From contig MU053810.1 of the NCBI GenBank assembly GCA_013239625.1, positions 3,566,071-3,630,070 on the forward strand: DNA of 64,000 nt. Reading direction: 5' to 3'. A program made the translations under genes and the position numbers. The notes beneath the pieces are model-generated. The model searched no databases. It worked only from the letters and a program-made list of their open reading frames with translations, and was not told where the DNA came from. Within the stretch, counting starts at the first letter, position 1. Each line of letters starts with the position of its first letter. Positions 1 through 13,150 of this stretch are shown here, in pieces. This DNA comes from Lama guanicoe (Eukaryota).

Positions 1-787
1 TATCTGCTGCCAAGCATGGCCCAGGAAGCCCATCCCTTGTGGGTGGGGCATCTTCAAGGGCTTTGTCCTCCCCCTGGTTAATGCCTGGGCCTTCTCCGCA
101 CCTCACCTCAGGGCTGATCACATACACCTTATGCGGGCCGGTAGGGTCTGCTGAGTTGTCTTGCAACATCACGAGTGCTTTGCAAGGCGTAGGGGAAGTT
201 GGTTTTCCAGGAGGCTCGGAGCGCACCCTCGTTGGTTGGCCGGGCACCACTGCTGCAGGGCGGCCAGCTGCCGCAGGCCACGGCCCAGGCCTTAAAGATG
301 CGAGAATTCGCCTCACCCAGGTCCTTTTGCACAAAGTGCCTCCAGGGAACGCGGAAGTGTGTTCAGGCCGCATCCAGCCACCGCAGCTCCTCACAGCGGT
401 CACTGATGACCTCGGCCAGAAGCCGGTTTCCGAGGAGCACACATGGGGCCCCACTGTCCTGAGCCATGGCCATGCTCCCTCTGCAGGGGCTGGGCGGGGA
501 GGGGCGAGGGTTGTGGTCACGGGCGCAGAGTCAGGAATTACCGCAGGTGAGAAGGTTGCGAGGGTGGCCAGATGTCACCGGTGTTGAGGGCTACAGACGG
601 GAATTGAGGGCTGATGGCCACGACGTTGTCCAGGTGTGAGTCCTGGCCAAGGCGGTGATAGGTGTGACTACAGATGCTGCGAGCGCACGCACAAGGGGCG
701 ACAGGTGCAGAGCCGGCCTCTGGGCAGGCCTTGCGGGGCCACTACGGAGCTGGTGCAGGAACAGATGGAGCAGGAAATCTCGTCCCC
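1..787 (-). pseudogene. IRF7: IRF7 processed pseudogene: 5'UTR plus N-terminal DNA-binding domain, continuing beyond the left edge
   Basis: From ATG at 473 the minus strand reads MAMAQDSGAPCVLLGNRLLAEVISDRCEELRWLDAA*THFRVPWRHFVQKDLGEANSRIFKAWAVA...WKTNF, then after a frameshift (~172) VMLQDNSADPTGPHKVY, matching IRF7 (FRVPWKHF, RIFKAWAVA, WKTNF, DPHKVY). No introns; TGA at 363-365 (codon 37); 5'UTR ends GCCCCTGCAGAGGGAGCATGG as in IRF7 mRNA; abuts L1 sequence at ~788. Confidence 0.93.
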
Positions 788-3330
788 TTCTTTTTCTTTT
801 TTGCTTATGAAAATCCAGTTATTTTCCAGAACCATTTGCTGAAGAGATCTTTTCTGATTTGATTTCAACCATTTGTTACAAAGATCATCTTTTCCTTGTT
901 GATATCTTGGCACTTTTATTGAAAACCAATTGACCATTTATCTGTGAGCCTATTTCTTGATTGAGTTTCATGGACCAATATGTCTATTCTTACAGACATC
1001 ATACTGTCTCGATTATTTTAACTTTATAGTAAGTCTTGAATTCAAATAGTGATTGTTCTTCTTTTCCAAAGTTGTTTTGGCTATTCTAGTTTTTTTGCAT
1101 TTCTGTATAAATTTCTGCAAAAAAAAATCCTGCTGGAACTTGGATTGACATTGCATTAATAGATCAATTTAGGGAGAATTGACATCTTAATGATATTTGT
1201 ACTAGGAACAAAATATATCTCACTATTTATTTAGATCTTCTTTAATTTATGTCAGGAAAGTCTTGGAGATTTTAATATACAACACATATGTTGTTAAATT
1301 TATCCCTGATTCATGCTTTGTGATGCCATTGTAAATAATGTATTTTTAAAATGTCAATTTCCAATTGTTTGTTGCCACTGTGTAGAAATACAGTTACTTT
1401 CATATGTTGACCTTATATCCTGTGACCTTGTTAAATTTAGTTCTAAGTTGTAGTTACTTTTTGGTAGATTCTTTAGAATTTTCTATACATACAACCACAG
1501 AGCCAGTGGATAATGACACTTTCATTTCTTCCTTTCCAAACAGCACGGCTTTTATTTTGGCTTCTTGCCTTATAACATGGACTAGGAACTCCTGTTGAAT
1601 AGAAATGGCAAGAGAGGACCTCTCCTTGCCTTCTTTCCAATCTTAGGGGGAAATAATTCAGTTTTAAATAATTAAGTATGGTTTTAGCTGTAGGTTTTGG
1701 CAGATTTCCTCTACCAGACTGAGAAAATTTCCTTCTATTTCTAGCTTGCTGAGACTTTTAAATCATGATTGGGTGTTAAAAGTTGTCATATGTTATTCTG
1801 CATCTACTGAGCTGATCAAAAAAGCTTCTTTTTAGTCTGTTAATATGGCAAATTACATTTATTAATTTTTGGGGTGTTGAATCAATATCGCATTCCTGAG
1901 ATAAATCCCACTTGGTCATGATGTGTTCCTTTTTTTATATATAAATACTCTATGTATATTTAGAAGTTTGCTGCTTAATTTCCAAACAGAGGAGTGTTTC
2001 CAGATGTCTTTCTATTACTGATTTCTAATTAACCCCATTGTTGTCAGAGAATATGGTATGAATGATTTCAGCCCTTTAAAATTCATTGAGCCTTGTTCTA
2101 TGGCCACAGCTATGGTCTATCTTGATAAATGTTCCATGTACACTTGAAAACAATGTTTATTCTGCTGTTGTTAGATGGAATGTTTTGTAAATGCCAGTTA
2201 ATTTAACTTGGTTGATATGTTATTCAAGTTGTTTGTATCCTTACTGATTTTTTGCCCACATATTTTAATAATTTTTGAGAGTGGAGTGTTGAAATCTACA
2301 ATTATATTTTGTCTGTTTCTTCTTTGACATCTATCGGTTTTGCTTCATGTATTTGAAGCTCTGCCAGCACTGCTGCCTTCCTGATGAATCAATCCATTTA
2401 TTTTTATGATCCCTTGACTTAAAATCTACTTTGTCTAATGCTAATATAGTCAGTCCCTTTCTTTTGCATAGAACTTGTGCAGATATCTTTATCATTTTAC
2501 TCTATGTTGTAAGCTTTTTGGTTAATTTTAAAATTATACCCTTGTTTTTAACCTGCTCATGTCTTTAAAGTCAGTTTCTTGTAGACAGCATAGAGTTGGG
2601 TCTTGATTTTTCTTATCCAATCTGACAATCTCTGTCTTTTCATGGAGTGCTTTAAAAAAATGCATTATACTTGATAGATAACATTGTATGAGTTTCAGGT
2701 GTACAACATAATGATTTGGTTGATGTAATAATGGAGTATTTAGACCATATATTTACCATTTTGGTACTTGTTTTCCATTGGTCCCCAATCTATTCTTTGT
2801 TCTCTTTTTCCTTTGTTTCTTTATTCATTTGTAGTCATCTCATCTTTTTATGATTCCATTTTATCTCCACTATTGGCTTACCAGCTATACCGCTTTTAAA
2901 CTTTTTTTTTAGTATTTTTCTGTAGGGTTATTTAATCATAACCAATTATACCCTACCTTTAAATAATACTTTATCATTTCATGTGACGTGTAAGAAGCTT
3001 ACAACAGCATACTTCTAGTTTCCTCCTCTCGTCCCTTGTGCATTTATCACACATTTCCCTTCTACATATGTTACACACCCCACACACCTCAATTATGTTT
3101 ACTTTAAATAGTCAAACATCTTTTAAAGAGATTAAGTAGGTGAAAGGACGTTTTTGTATTTACTTACATATTTACCATTTCTGGCATTTTTATTCCACTA
3201 TGTCGATTAAAATTTCTGTCTGTTATCATTTTTGTTCTGCCTGAAGAGTTCCTTTAACATTCCTGCAGCTCTGCTGGCCACAAATGTTTTGTTTTTGTTT
3301 TGCCAGGAAAGCCTGTCTTTCACCTTCCTT
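788..3330 (-). mobile_element. Old, degenerate L1 (L1M-type) ORF2-region fragments
   Basis: Antisense L1 motifs (CCAGAACCATTTGCTGAAGAG, TTGACCTTATATCCTGTGACCTTG, CCCACTTGGTCATGATG, TCTTGTAGACAGCATAGAGTTGGGTCTTG-like); T-rich; no intact ORF. Confidence 0.85.
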
Positions 3331-3398
3331 TTTTTCTTTTTTTGTACAGTCTGATTACACTTATAATGCTGGAACATGCACGTTTAGAGATGCATAGC

Positions 3399-3565
3399 GT
3401 GCTTGCTTTGGCAGCACATGGACTGCCCAGAGGAGACTGGCATGGCCCCTGTGCAAGGCCATACAAGTCCAGAAGCACTCCACTTTTTTGTACTTAATGC
3501 ACTGAACTATACACTTAAAAATGGTTAATATAGTAAATTTTATGTTATGTGTATAAAATAAAAAA
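3399..3565 (+). pseudogene. RNU6: U6 snRNA-L1 chimeric retropseudogene
   Basis: 3399-3489 matches U6 (GTGCTTGCTTTGGCAGCACAT...AGAGGAGACTGGCATGGCCCCTGTGCAAGG...CCACTTTTTT) and is fused at the T tract to an L1MB/MC-type 3' end (TGTACTTAATGCACTGAACTATACACTTAAAAATGGTTAA...) with an A tail. Direct repeat ATGCATAG at 3390-3397 and 3565-3572. Confidence 0.88.
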
Positions 3566-5239
3566 TGCATAGAAATGGATCTAGAAATATACATACAGAA
3601 CTGTTAACACTGACCTACTCCTGGGAAGAAGAGCTTGAGGTGAGGCTAGAAAATCTTTCCCTTAATAATGTCGTCTATATCTTCCCATTCCCTATTAAGG
3701 GGAACAATTTTTCTGGGTCTCTTTTTTTTTTCTTTCTTTCTTTTTTCTTTTCTTTCTTTATGTATTTATTATAGATATGGGCTCATGAAAACCTATTTTT
3801 TTCAATGATTTATAATTCATGGCTGTAATTGTAATCATGCTCAAATTGCCCCTGCTTTGGCCAGTGGAGCCCTTCAAGCTGGCTCCGGCGCTCCTGTGAT
3901 AGGTGATACCTCTCTCCCTACCATGTTGAGCTTCCTTAATATGTTGCAATGACTCAGCAGTACTAGATAGAACTGTAGCCTCTTGAGAACCAAAGCACGT
4001 TTTATGGCAGACCCCAGATAGGATGTCACCCACGTGGCACCTGGGGATACTGCAGGCTTCGAGTTACACCCCAGGAAAATCCACATCAGTTAACAGATTA
4101 CTTAGTTAATTTTTAAATGAACTTCAGCTACATTTTAAAATAATCAAAGGATGCCTTAAAAACAATCTCTTCCCATCTCTTTTCAAAGATTTTCTCTCTG
4201 CTTCTGATACCCCTCATCTTTCTTGCTCTACTCCAAGTACCTAGGCATACATCATTTTGTTGGGCTTCCAGTTAGCCCAACCCTTACTCATAAAGTTTTA
4301 CTTAAAATTATTAAACAAGTATCCTGTGTTCCAGGGAAGTGAGGGAGTCTTTGGGCAGTGAAGAGGGTTTCCTGGTCCCCTTCATAATACATCATATAGC
4401 AGGTGGTGTCCTTCTCATAGCTCCATATATACATGAGCTATTGGGTCCAGTGTTTTTAAGTGTTTAGTTTTTAAGAAAGGGGAAAATATTCCTTGAGAAC
4501 TTAAGAATCTCTTGGGATAAACTGAGTACAAAATGTTATATTCCAGGAGAATATCTATCTACCTACCTAAATATAATCAATCTAGCTATATCATCTATCT
4601 ATCAATCCAATCAACTGTAGCTTTACAGAGATATGCTTAAGGGCTGAGTAATAAAGAAAGGAGAAACACTGAAAAATAGGATAGTGTGTGTCGAGAAGAA
4701 ATGGCTGATATGTGTAATTGGCAAAATGTGCCTAATTATCTTGTAGTATCTATTTTAAACTAGCATTCTATGTGGTTTCTTTAATATCAGAATCCATCTA
4801 TTTCTAAAACACACACACATACATAAACACCATATTGATTTTTATGGTTGATTTCCTTTTTAAAGTTCACAGCTGTTATCATTGCACAGATGGAGGATAC
4901 TGGATAAGTTCTATGGAGGAAACATCAAGATGTTAGTTAGCACTTCTGGTTTGGTTGGTCAGTGGGTTGATATCAGGAATGGTTCCAAGGTGCTCACATC
5001 TAACCCGTGTTCACTCTGGGCTTGGCAGCAATGTGACTCACTTTGACCAGTGGCTCAGTGGCCAACACGATGCAGCAGTCACAGCAAAAGCTATTAACGC
5101 AGACCTGGGACATTGCTAACTCTCATCTTTTCCTTTCCTTTTTGTTCCTTATTTTCTATCTTCACACAAAATAGCAACTTTTACATTTGTGGTAGAACAA
5201 ATGAAACTGATTTATACTCATAACTTAGTAGTTGTTTTA

Positions 5240-5456
5240 ATACAGAATACACAGTATATTGTATACCAGTATATAGTATACATAATATATACAGTATACT
5301 ATAGTATATATTATAATGTATGTATTATATACAATATAGTATATACTATACTATAGTATACATGCTATGTATTATATGACACATATAGTATACAGTAAAT
5401 TTTATATAGTATACTATATACTGGGACATTGTATAGTGTGTGTGTGTGTGTGTGTG
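5240..5456. repeat. Degenerate TATAG/TATAC low-complexity tract ending in (TG)n
   Basis: Visible TA-rich reiterations followed by a GT dinucleotide run. Confidence 0.8.
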
Positions 5457-5568
5457 CATATAGTTGTTTTTATATAATAGTTGTTGACCATTCCAGTACA
5501 TTTCAGTAGTTCCAGAATTTTAGGTTTCTCTGGGAAGTCTGGCAATGGCATTTGACTCTGCCTTCCAT

Positions 5569-5960
5569 CCAGCGGTGTGTTGGTAAACGTTCAGTGACTA
5601 GTTCTCTGAAAAACACAAAGCCCTGATGTGCAGCATTTGCTGCTTTCTGGGGTGTGAATACTCGCACGTTGCTGAGTTCAAGCTACCAACATGATGCGCT
5701 AAGTGTGCAACTGGGAAGAGAAGTGCACACCGTGACTGTACTGCCACCACACAGGTACAGCAAAGACCTGACCACGCGAGCAGAGGCAAAAGTAAATGGT
5801 AGGAAAATCACTGGGAAATGATGAGTTTTGAGTATTTATATCTATTGATTTTCATATAATTTACTTCTTGTGCATTTGTATCATTTAATTTTTAATAATG
5901 GTTGTGTTCATCAATCAGTTGGCACAATTCCTGCAACTTTAATAATTGGTTCTCCCAAGT
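5569..5960 (-). mobile_element. MER63-like hAT-Blackjack DNA transposon fossil
   Basis: Terminal CAGCGGTGTGTTGGTAAACGTT and internal TTCAAGCTACCAAC, GGGAAGAGAAGTGCA, GATGAGTTTTGAGTATTTA resemble the MER63 consensus as I recall it. Confidence 0.7.
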
Positions 5961-6829
5961 CAATAGAAATAGAAAAAGGAAAAGGACTCTTTCTATGCTT
6001 CTTCTGTCTCTGGGTCTTTTAATTAGTCTATAATATAGAATCAATGTATACATTTTAATTGTTTGTTGTTATTATGAATAAAATACTTTATTCTCTTCCT
6101 AATTCAAACACTATGTGAATAGCATGTGCTCCCTTTCAAATAAAAAAATAACATAAATTTTCTTTATGAGTCCCTTGATAGATTTTTTTTTTTGGCAACT
6201 GTCAATTGCCTTTGAGAAGGAAAAATAATTTTCCTACATCATCCTAAACACTATTAGTTCAGCCTGTGAGAACACTACCCAATGATAAACTAATAGAAGT
6301 AACAAATCAAATTTTAAGAATAAGGTTCAGGAAGCTGGAACAGGGTAGTACCACAGTGTGCTATCAACATAACTTTGAGCCAGTTTTACCAAAAACTGAA
6401 AGACAAAATCTGGGGACACGGTAATGACCAAACTTCTCTACAGCACTAAGGTTTGAACTGGCCAATGACATTTAATTTAACTTCTTGGGTAATTTGGCTC
6501 CCTGACCTGGGTGCTGTTCTTGAACTACACACCAAGAGAGAATGGCTGAGTGCAAAAATGCGTGCGGCACATGTGTGAATTTTTTAGAGCTGCTCCCAGC
6601 TGGATTACACTAGAAGTGTGAGCCTGGCAGAAAGCACAACACATTCACAGATGCTCCATGAACAGCCAGAGTGGTGCCCCTTGTTTAGACAAGGATGCTA
6701 TTTTTAATGCTTAACACAAATGCAAAGCTTTGACTCTGCGAGATCAGAAAGTAGTTTTTCATTTTGATGGGACCTCAATAGCATACTCTGTGCCTTCTCA
6801 GGAAATCACAGTTTAGAAACTAGGAATGT

Positions 6830-6935
6830 AACATGAAAACAAATACATGTATGTATATACATGACTGGGGCATTGTGCTGTACACCAGAAATTGACGCAC
6901 TGTAACTGACTGCGCTTCAATTAAAAAAAAAAAAA
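6830..6935 (+). mobile_element. Heavily 5'-truncated young L1 3' end
   Basis: GCTGTACACCAGAAATTGAC...CTTCAATT(A)n terminus; imperfect TSD AGAAACTAGGAATGT / AGAACCTAGAAATGT. Confidence 0.85.
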
Positions 6936-7176
6936 GAACCTAGAAATGTCCAGAAGAGAAACTATATAATTTTTAATATCTTATAAAATAAGACCTACAG
7001 GAAATGGGAGGAATCCTGGAATCATTCAGCCAACAGACTCAAATATGAAAACTTCTTGAGAATGGAGATCAGGGCATGTTCCTTTCTGATCACTCCAAGG
7101 ACTTGTTTTGCATTTGACACAATTATAAGAACAATAATCTCTACAGAGAATACACGGATATTAGGTGTTGGGGCCT

Positions 7177-7549
7177 GTCTTACTCCATTCAGGATGTTAA
7201 AACAAAAATACCACCTACTAGGTGGCTTATAAACAACAGAAATTTATTTCTCATGGTTCTGGAGGCTGGAAGTCTGAGATCAGGGTGCCAGCAAGATTGG
7301 GTGAGGGTCCTCTTTTAGGTTGCAAGTTTCTTGCTGTGTCCTCACATAATAAAATGGGAAGGCGTGGTTTTGAATCTAGATCAAAGAGAGTCTGGAGCCT
7401 CTTTTGTAAGAACACTAATGCCATTCATGAGGGCTCCACCCTCCTGACTTAGCACCTTCCAAAGACCCCACCTTGTAACAGCACCACATTGGGCATGAAG
7501 ATTTCAACATCCAAAGTTTGGCAGGGACACAAACACTCAGACCATAGCA
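7177..7549 (-). mobile_element. MLT1A-like MaLR solo LTR
   Basis: TG...CA termini; GGCTTATAAACAACAGAAATTTATTTCTCA, GGTTCTGGAGGCTGGAAGTC and ACAAACACTCAGACCATAGCA motifs; near 5-bp TSD GGGCC/TGGCC. Confidence 0.85.
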
Positions 7550-8421
7550 TGGCCTAGGACCGCTGTCTCCTCCAGGCTCTGGCAGATGCCCTTAATTAAG
7601 ACCTATTTTATGGGGACCAATAGATACATTTTTTAAAAACGGTCAGATCAAAGATCCTCCTCTCCCGTACTTCCCCACCACCTCAGCACAGGAAAGCTAT
7701 GTGACAGAATGGGATTACAATCTGGGGCTAAAGTAGAAATCCTGACTCCTTTCCTTGAAGATTTTCAGGCCCTAGAGTACCTTTGGGGAGAAGGGCAGAG
7801 GGTGGGCTTCAGCACACATTGGGACCCTCGGGGGACCGGAAGCAGAGGAGAGCACTGGTCCTTCTCTTCCACCCAGGAAGGGAGGATTCAGGCCAGAAAG
7901 GACACAGGGACCCTTCATATGAGTGCAGCGTGGCTGATGGATGCCAAGCTCTCCAGGGTTCCCCCCAATACCCCTTTAAGGATGCAAGTAGATGTCCTTT
8001 CCTCCATGGGCCAAATTGGAATTATGAGTGGGGATAATAAATATTTCTCCCCATAATAAAATGGGCAGGCATGGTTTTAATTTAGATCAAGGAGAGTCAA
8101 GTGAGATCAAGAAAGACTCTCCTCTCAGTGAGAATTACTCACAATGAAAACAGTTCTCGCAAAAATACTCAAGATGTGGCTTTTAAGCAGATGCCTAATT
8201 AAAGTCAGGCTTCCATATTGTCCATGCGTGTGCTGGAAGGAATTAGAAGGGGCACATGCAGTGGAAAAATAGGAGGTTCAAGACAGAAAACATAGGAAAG
8301 TGTAGCACAGTACTCCAGCGAGATTGACAGTCATGATTCCATAACTGGTCATGAATGATTTATTTTCAGAACAAGTGAATGAGAGATTGAGTTGAAATTT
8401 ATGTTTCTAAAAGGAACCAGA

Positions 8422-8661
8422 GGGGGGAAGAGGGTGAGGAGGGATAAATTGGGATTTGGGGATTTGCAGATACTAACTACCATATATAAAACAGATAATG
8501 TCATATGGCACAGCACAGGGAACTATATTCAATATCTTATAATAACTTATATTGAAAAAGAATATGAAAAGGAATATATAGAGAGATATAACTGAATCAT
8601 CATACTGTACACCAGAAACTAACACAACATTGTAAATCGACTATACTTCAATTAAAAAAAA
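8422..8661 (+). mobile_element. 5'-truncated young L1 3'UTR
   Basis: GGGATAAATTGGGATTTGGG...CTATACTTCAATTAAAAAAAA; TSD AAAGGAACCAGA on both sides. Confidence 0.88.
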
Positions 8662-11600
8662 TTTTTTTAAAGGAACCAGAAATGAATGGGAAGATTAAAC
8701 TTCCATGTGTCCCACGGGAGGGGGTGTGTATTTGGTTTCTGGGCTTTATTTGATAACAATGAACTTTCACACGTCTTTGTCAGAGTGCTCAGGTGTGGGA
8801 CCAAAAATCTATCCGTAGAGCCACTCAACTCAAAACATGGATTATCCTCTCCCCATATCTCCCAGCGAGCCTTAAGTCCCCATTCTCCAGCTATCCATTT
8901 CTCCTTCTCAGATGAAAAATTTTTCAAACCTCACCTGTTACAGGAAGTTGCTTTTCCTTTTGCCAAATGATTCAAATAATGTGTGGTTCAAGGTGACTGT
9001 TCCTCCAATCCTCCAGGTGCCTAAGCTTACAAGGCATACAACCTTATTCCACGGGGCTTTATTCGGAGGAAGATTATTCTGCGAGTCATGATACGGCTGG
9101 TATCACTTGAGAAAGTGTGATGAGACTAATTGGGTGAACTGGAAATCAATTACTTTTGCGTGAAGGAGGAAGCAGCCAGGGAAGATGGATACAGTGAGCT
9201 CGCAGGGGTGTGTCTGCCGCTGCCTGACTGATCTGTGACCCCCAGGTTGCTACTTAACCACAATTCAGAAGGTACCCTGAAAAATTCAAAGAAACATCTT
9301 TTTTTAGCTAATGTTCATGTTAGCTTAGCAGCTCCCAAATAATATCAGAAAGGTGGGTAATGTAAACCTAGAGGGTCAACAAAATCTTAGAAAATGTAGT
9401 ATTCATAGCACTGTGCCTGGAAAACATCACTCCTGTAGGCCTGTGGGTAAGTAAGGAAATTGCTATGCCTCATTTAGCTCCCTGTCGATTTGGAAGACAA
9501 AGTATGTTTCAGAGGAAATGTACAAATGCAGGCAAGTCTTGATTTGGATTCTCCGTGAGTAGCAGGAGGTTTACACCATCTTTATCACTGAGAAGCACAC
9601 ACTGCAGACATAGACTTTCAAACAGGAAATAACAGACCTGGGAAATTGCGTTTTCTTGAAAAACATCTTCAATAGCTTGAGAGACACATATTTTGTGATC
9701 ACCGTCTGCTAAGGCAGATTCCCAGGACTTTATTTTTTTTTCCTTCTCAGAATCACTCCCTGTTTTCCTTTGTGTCACGTGATCACTGGCAGAGCATCTG
9801 CCTGGGTATTCTATTAGCATTTACTGTAACCAGTGTGTAGAAAGCCCAGATGACTAAAGTCATTGCTTTTAAAGCCCTTTTCACAATTGAATTTCCTGTG
9901 GTGAAGCAATATCCCAGGGGCATAATAGATTTTCTTCCCCCTCTCCTTCCATTTACACAAACGCTTTCACAGCTAACTAATCAGTTGCAATTCTAATCTA
10001 TATTTCTGATTTGTTTACATGCATCGTGCGGGCTGGCAATCTTTTGAATTTAAATGTGACTTAAAGTAAAATAAAATAACCACAAGTAAACGACACAGAA
10101 TTGCTAACAGTGGGAACCTTGTTTACATTCCACATTCTGAAAATATTTTGTTCAGCTGGCTGGGGAAACCACATGGTTGAGACAGACTGGGTGATGATTG
10201 GGTTTATTCCTTGGCTGGAACTGGGATGGAAAAAGGGATGGTGTGTGATGTGGCTGTCTGTCACCTCAAACCCAGAGAAAGAACACATTTTCAGCACACA
10301 TGTGCTCCACGCTTTAACAGAAAAGCACTGATAATCCTTGCCAGAGCATCGTGTGTGCTTGGCACTGGGCCAGAACAAGATGCCAGTCTTTCTGAGTCTT
10401 CAGATAATAACCACCTCTTCCTTTCTGCAGCCATCCATGGATGCCGCTGTTCTCATAAGACTCTCTCAGAGCCTATCTGTTCTTCAAGTCCTTTGCTCCC
10501 TCCTGCTTTCTGGAATTATCCTCTAATACATTCCTTTTTCTCCCTTCCCACCTCCAACTGAAGGTCTACTGAGAAGCTTCTGCATCTCCAACACCCCACT
10601 GCCTCTTCCCAAACGGTATGAATTCCAGCTCAATTAAATGTAATTGAACAACAGTGCCGCAGCAATCACTAAGGGCAAGGCAGTCCTAAAGACCACTGGA
10701 AACACAAACCTGCGCTTTAATGCGGTCCCCGTTCTGCAGCGGGGACATCTCAGTGGACAGACCCGTAGTGGGGTGCAGGCATGCGGCTGTTTGGTGTAAG
10801 AAAAGAGAAAGGAGGAAGGGGGTGGAGGGAGGACGAGGATGGAATTTAGAAGAGAAGAACTGGATTTTAACAAGCCTTTTCTAAAAGCAGTTGCTCCGAA
10901 GGTGCAACTCGGAAAATAAAACATTTCATTGTCTGTTAAGAATACATAACTCAATAAAAAAAAGTAAAAAAAAAAAAATACATAGCGCACCTGGAGAGAA
11001 CCAGAGGCACATTACCTTTGGAGACCTAAGGAAGCTTTTACATTTTCTTTCCTTTGGAAGAATATATATGTTCCTGAAGCCCGTGGGCATCTTGAGAGCT
11101 CAGGAGGAACCAGTGCGACTTCGGGAGTCAGGGGCCACCACGGGGAGTACCTGGAGGCCTTGGAGGAGGGGGGTGAGGCATAGGAGCTCTGAGCCTCTTC
11201 TCCCATCCTCCCGTCTGCCCATCTGCCCATCTGTAAAGGAGAGAATTTCCAGGAGCCACTGTGAGAATCAGAGTTGGAGCTGTGCCAAATTCTGTAGGTA
11301 TTTCTCCAATTTTTCGCCCTTAGGGGAAGACAAGAGGCAGCTCCACCCACCTAGCCTCTGGGCTGGCCTTCTCCTGTGACCCCAGATCTCCTCAGCTGTA
11401 TGCCTGCGCTGTATGCCTGATGATCAGGACCTGGACATAACTGTCCCACTTCCCTGTTCTTGGGCCACAGAGTTCTGCCCTCCACATGCAGGGAGTGGTG
11501 GGCAAGCCCCAGCCCTCTCCAGCTTTCTGCTTGGAGATCCAAGTCCCACAGACCCTCTTCTCCACCCATCCTGAGCCTTCCCATCCAGTCTGCCAGGCTT

Positions 11601-11954
11601 CCCAGCATATCCATCAAAGACCAACAAATCACTCTGAAATAAGGCAGCCAAAAATAAATGGAACTGTGAACAAGTTCACCAGCAAATTCATAATTTATAT
11701 ATGCTATTTATAAATATAATTTATAAATGCTATGAGAAGAATCTCCCCCCACACCCCCATGACATAGACTTGCTCATGCAACAGATGACTAATATTTCCT
11801 TAGTTCTCAATAAAAAAGGATATTTGGAATAAACACATACACACAAACTGGAATAAAACTTTAATTGAAAGCAATAAAAAGTGTAGTTCTAGCTAACACT
11901 GTAGAAAATTGAACCCCGTGTAGGTGACTAGCTTAAGGATGTGAAGAAAAAAAA

Positions 11955-13070
11955 ATTTTTTTACAGCATCACTGAGATATAATTTACACACAATAAAATT
12001 GCCTGCCCATGATAGGCATGCAGTTTGATGGCTGTTGTAAATGGACACAGTTGTGCAATGACAATCAGGTTGTAGAACATTTTTATCACCCCAAGACCTT
12101 CTTTGTGCCCCTCTGTACTCAATCTCCATGCCCGCCTCAGCCCCTAGTCCCAGGGAACCACAGATCAGCTTTCTGTCATCCTAGTTTTTGCCTTTCATAG
12201 AAATGTTTATGAATGGAATCTTATAGTATATACTGTTTTGTGTCTGGCTTCTTTCACTTAGCATGATGTTTTTCATTCATTCATGCTATTGTGTATTTCA
12301 ATCATTCATTTCTTTGATGGCTGGATCCCTTGTATGGACATTCCACATTGTGTTTATCCATAGATAAACATTTCTGTGGTTTCCATTTTGGGGGTTATTA
12401 TGAATAATGTTACTATGAGCATTCACATAGAATTCAAGTAACAGTGAAACATGGACACGGGTTTTCATTTTTCTTAGGCACCTAGAAATGAAAATGTTGG
12501 TACATACATTGGTAAGTTGGTACATATATATGGTAATTGTATACCTAACTTTTAAAGAAACTGTCAAACTGTTTTCAAAAGGGCTGCACTATGTTACATC
12601 CTCACCAACAACACGAGGATTCCAGCTGGTACCATATCCTCACTGACACTTGGTATTATCAGTCATTTAAATTTTAGCCATACTAGTGGATAGGTAGTGG
12701 CATCTCATTTTAATTTGTATTTCCCTACTGACCAATGATGCTAAACATCTTTCCATCTGCCTGTTGGCCATTCAAGTATTCTCCTTTTGCCAATGTCTAG
12801 TCAAACTTCTGTGTCCATTTTTCAGTCAGACTGTGTGTCTTCTTCTTATTGAATTTTAAGAGTTCTTTAATATCCCAGCTACAAGTCCTTTGTGGATAAA
12901 TGTTGTATCCTTTCCTTTTTTAATGGTTATTTTCCAAGAAACAAACATTATTTTGATGGAGTTCAATTTATCAAATTTTTCTTTTATAGTTTGTGCTTTT
13001 TATACCTCATCTAAGAAATCTTTGCCTAACTCTAAGTCACAAAGTTATTCTTCTGTGTTTTCTTCTGAAG
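11955..13070 (-). mobile_element. L1MB-like 3' end fragment
   Basis: TTTTACAGCATCACTGAGATATAATTTACA terminus; TGTCTGGCTTCTTTCACTTAGCATGATGTTTT; continues into antisense ORF2 C-terminal sequence. Confidence 0.8.
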
Positions 13071-13150
13071 CAAAAAAAATTGAATAAAGAGGCAGTTATG
13101 GAAACCTGCCAATTTATAAACTATTGTTATGAAAAAAACTAAGTAGAGGA

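Noticed and set aside
39..587. 182-aa plus-strand ORF
   Set aside because: Antisense shadow of the GC-rich IRF7 retrocopy; no ATG start and no recognisable domain.
9509..9820. 103-aa minus-strand ORF with protein-like composition
   Set aside because: No recognisable family and no convincing splice sites.
10725..10746. Hairpin GTCCCCG-N8-CGGGGAC
   Set aside because: A 7-bp stem is expected by chance in 64 kb; no RNA-family context.
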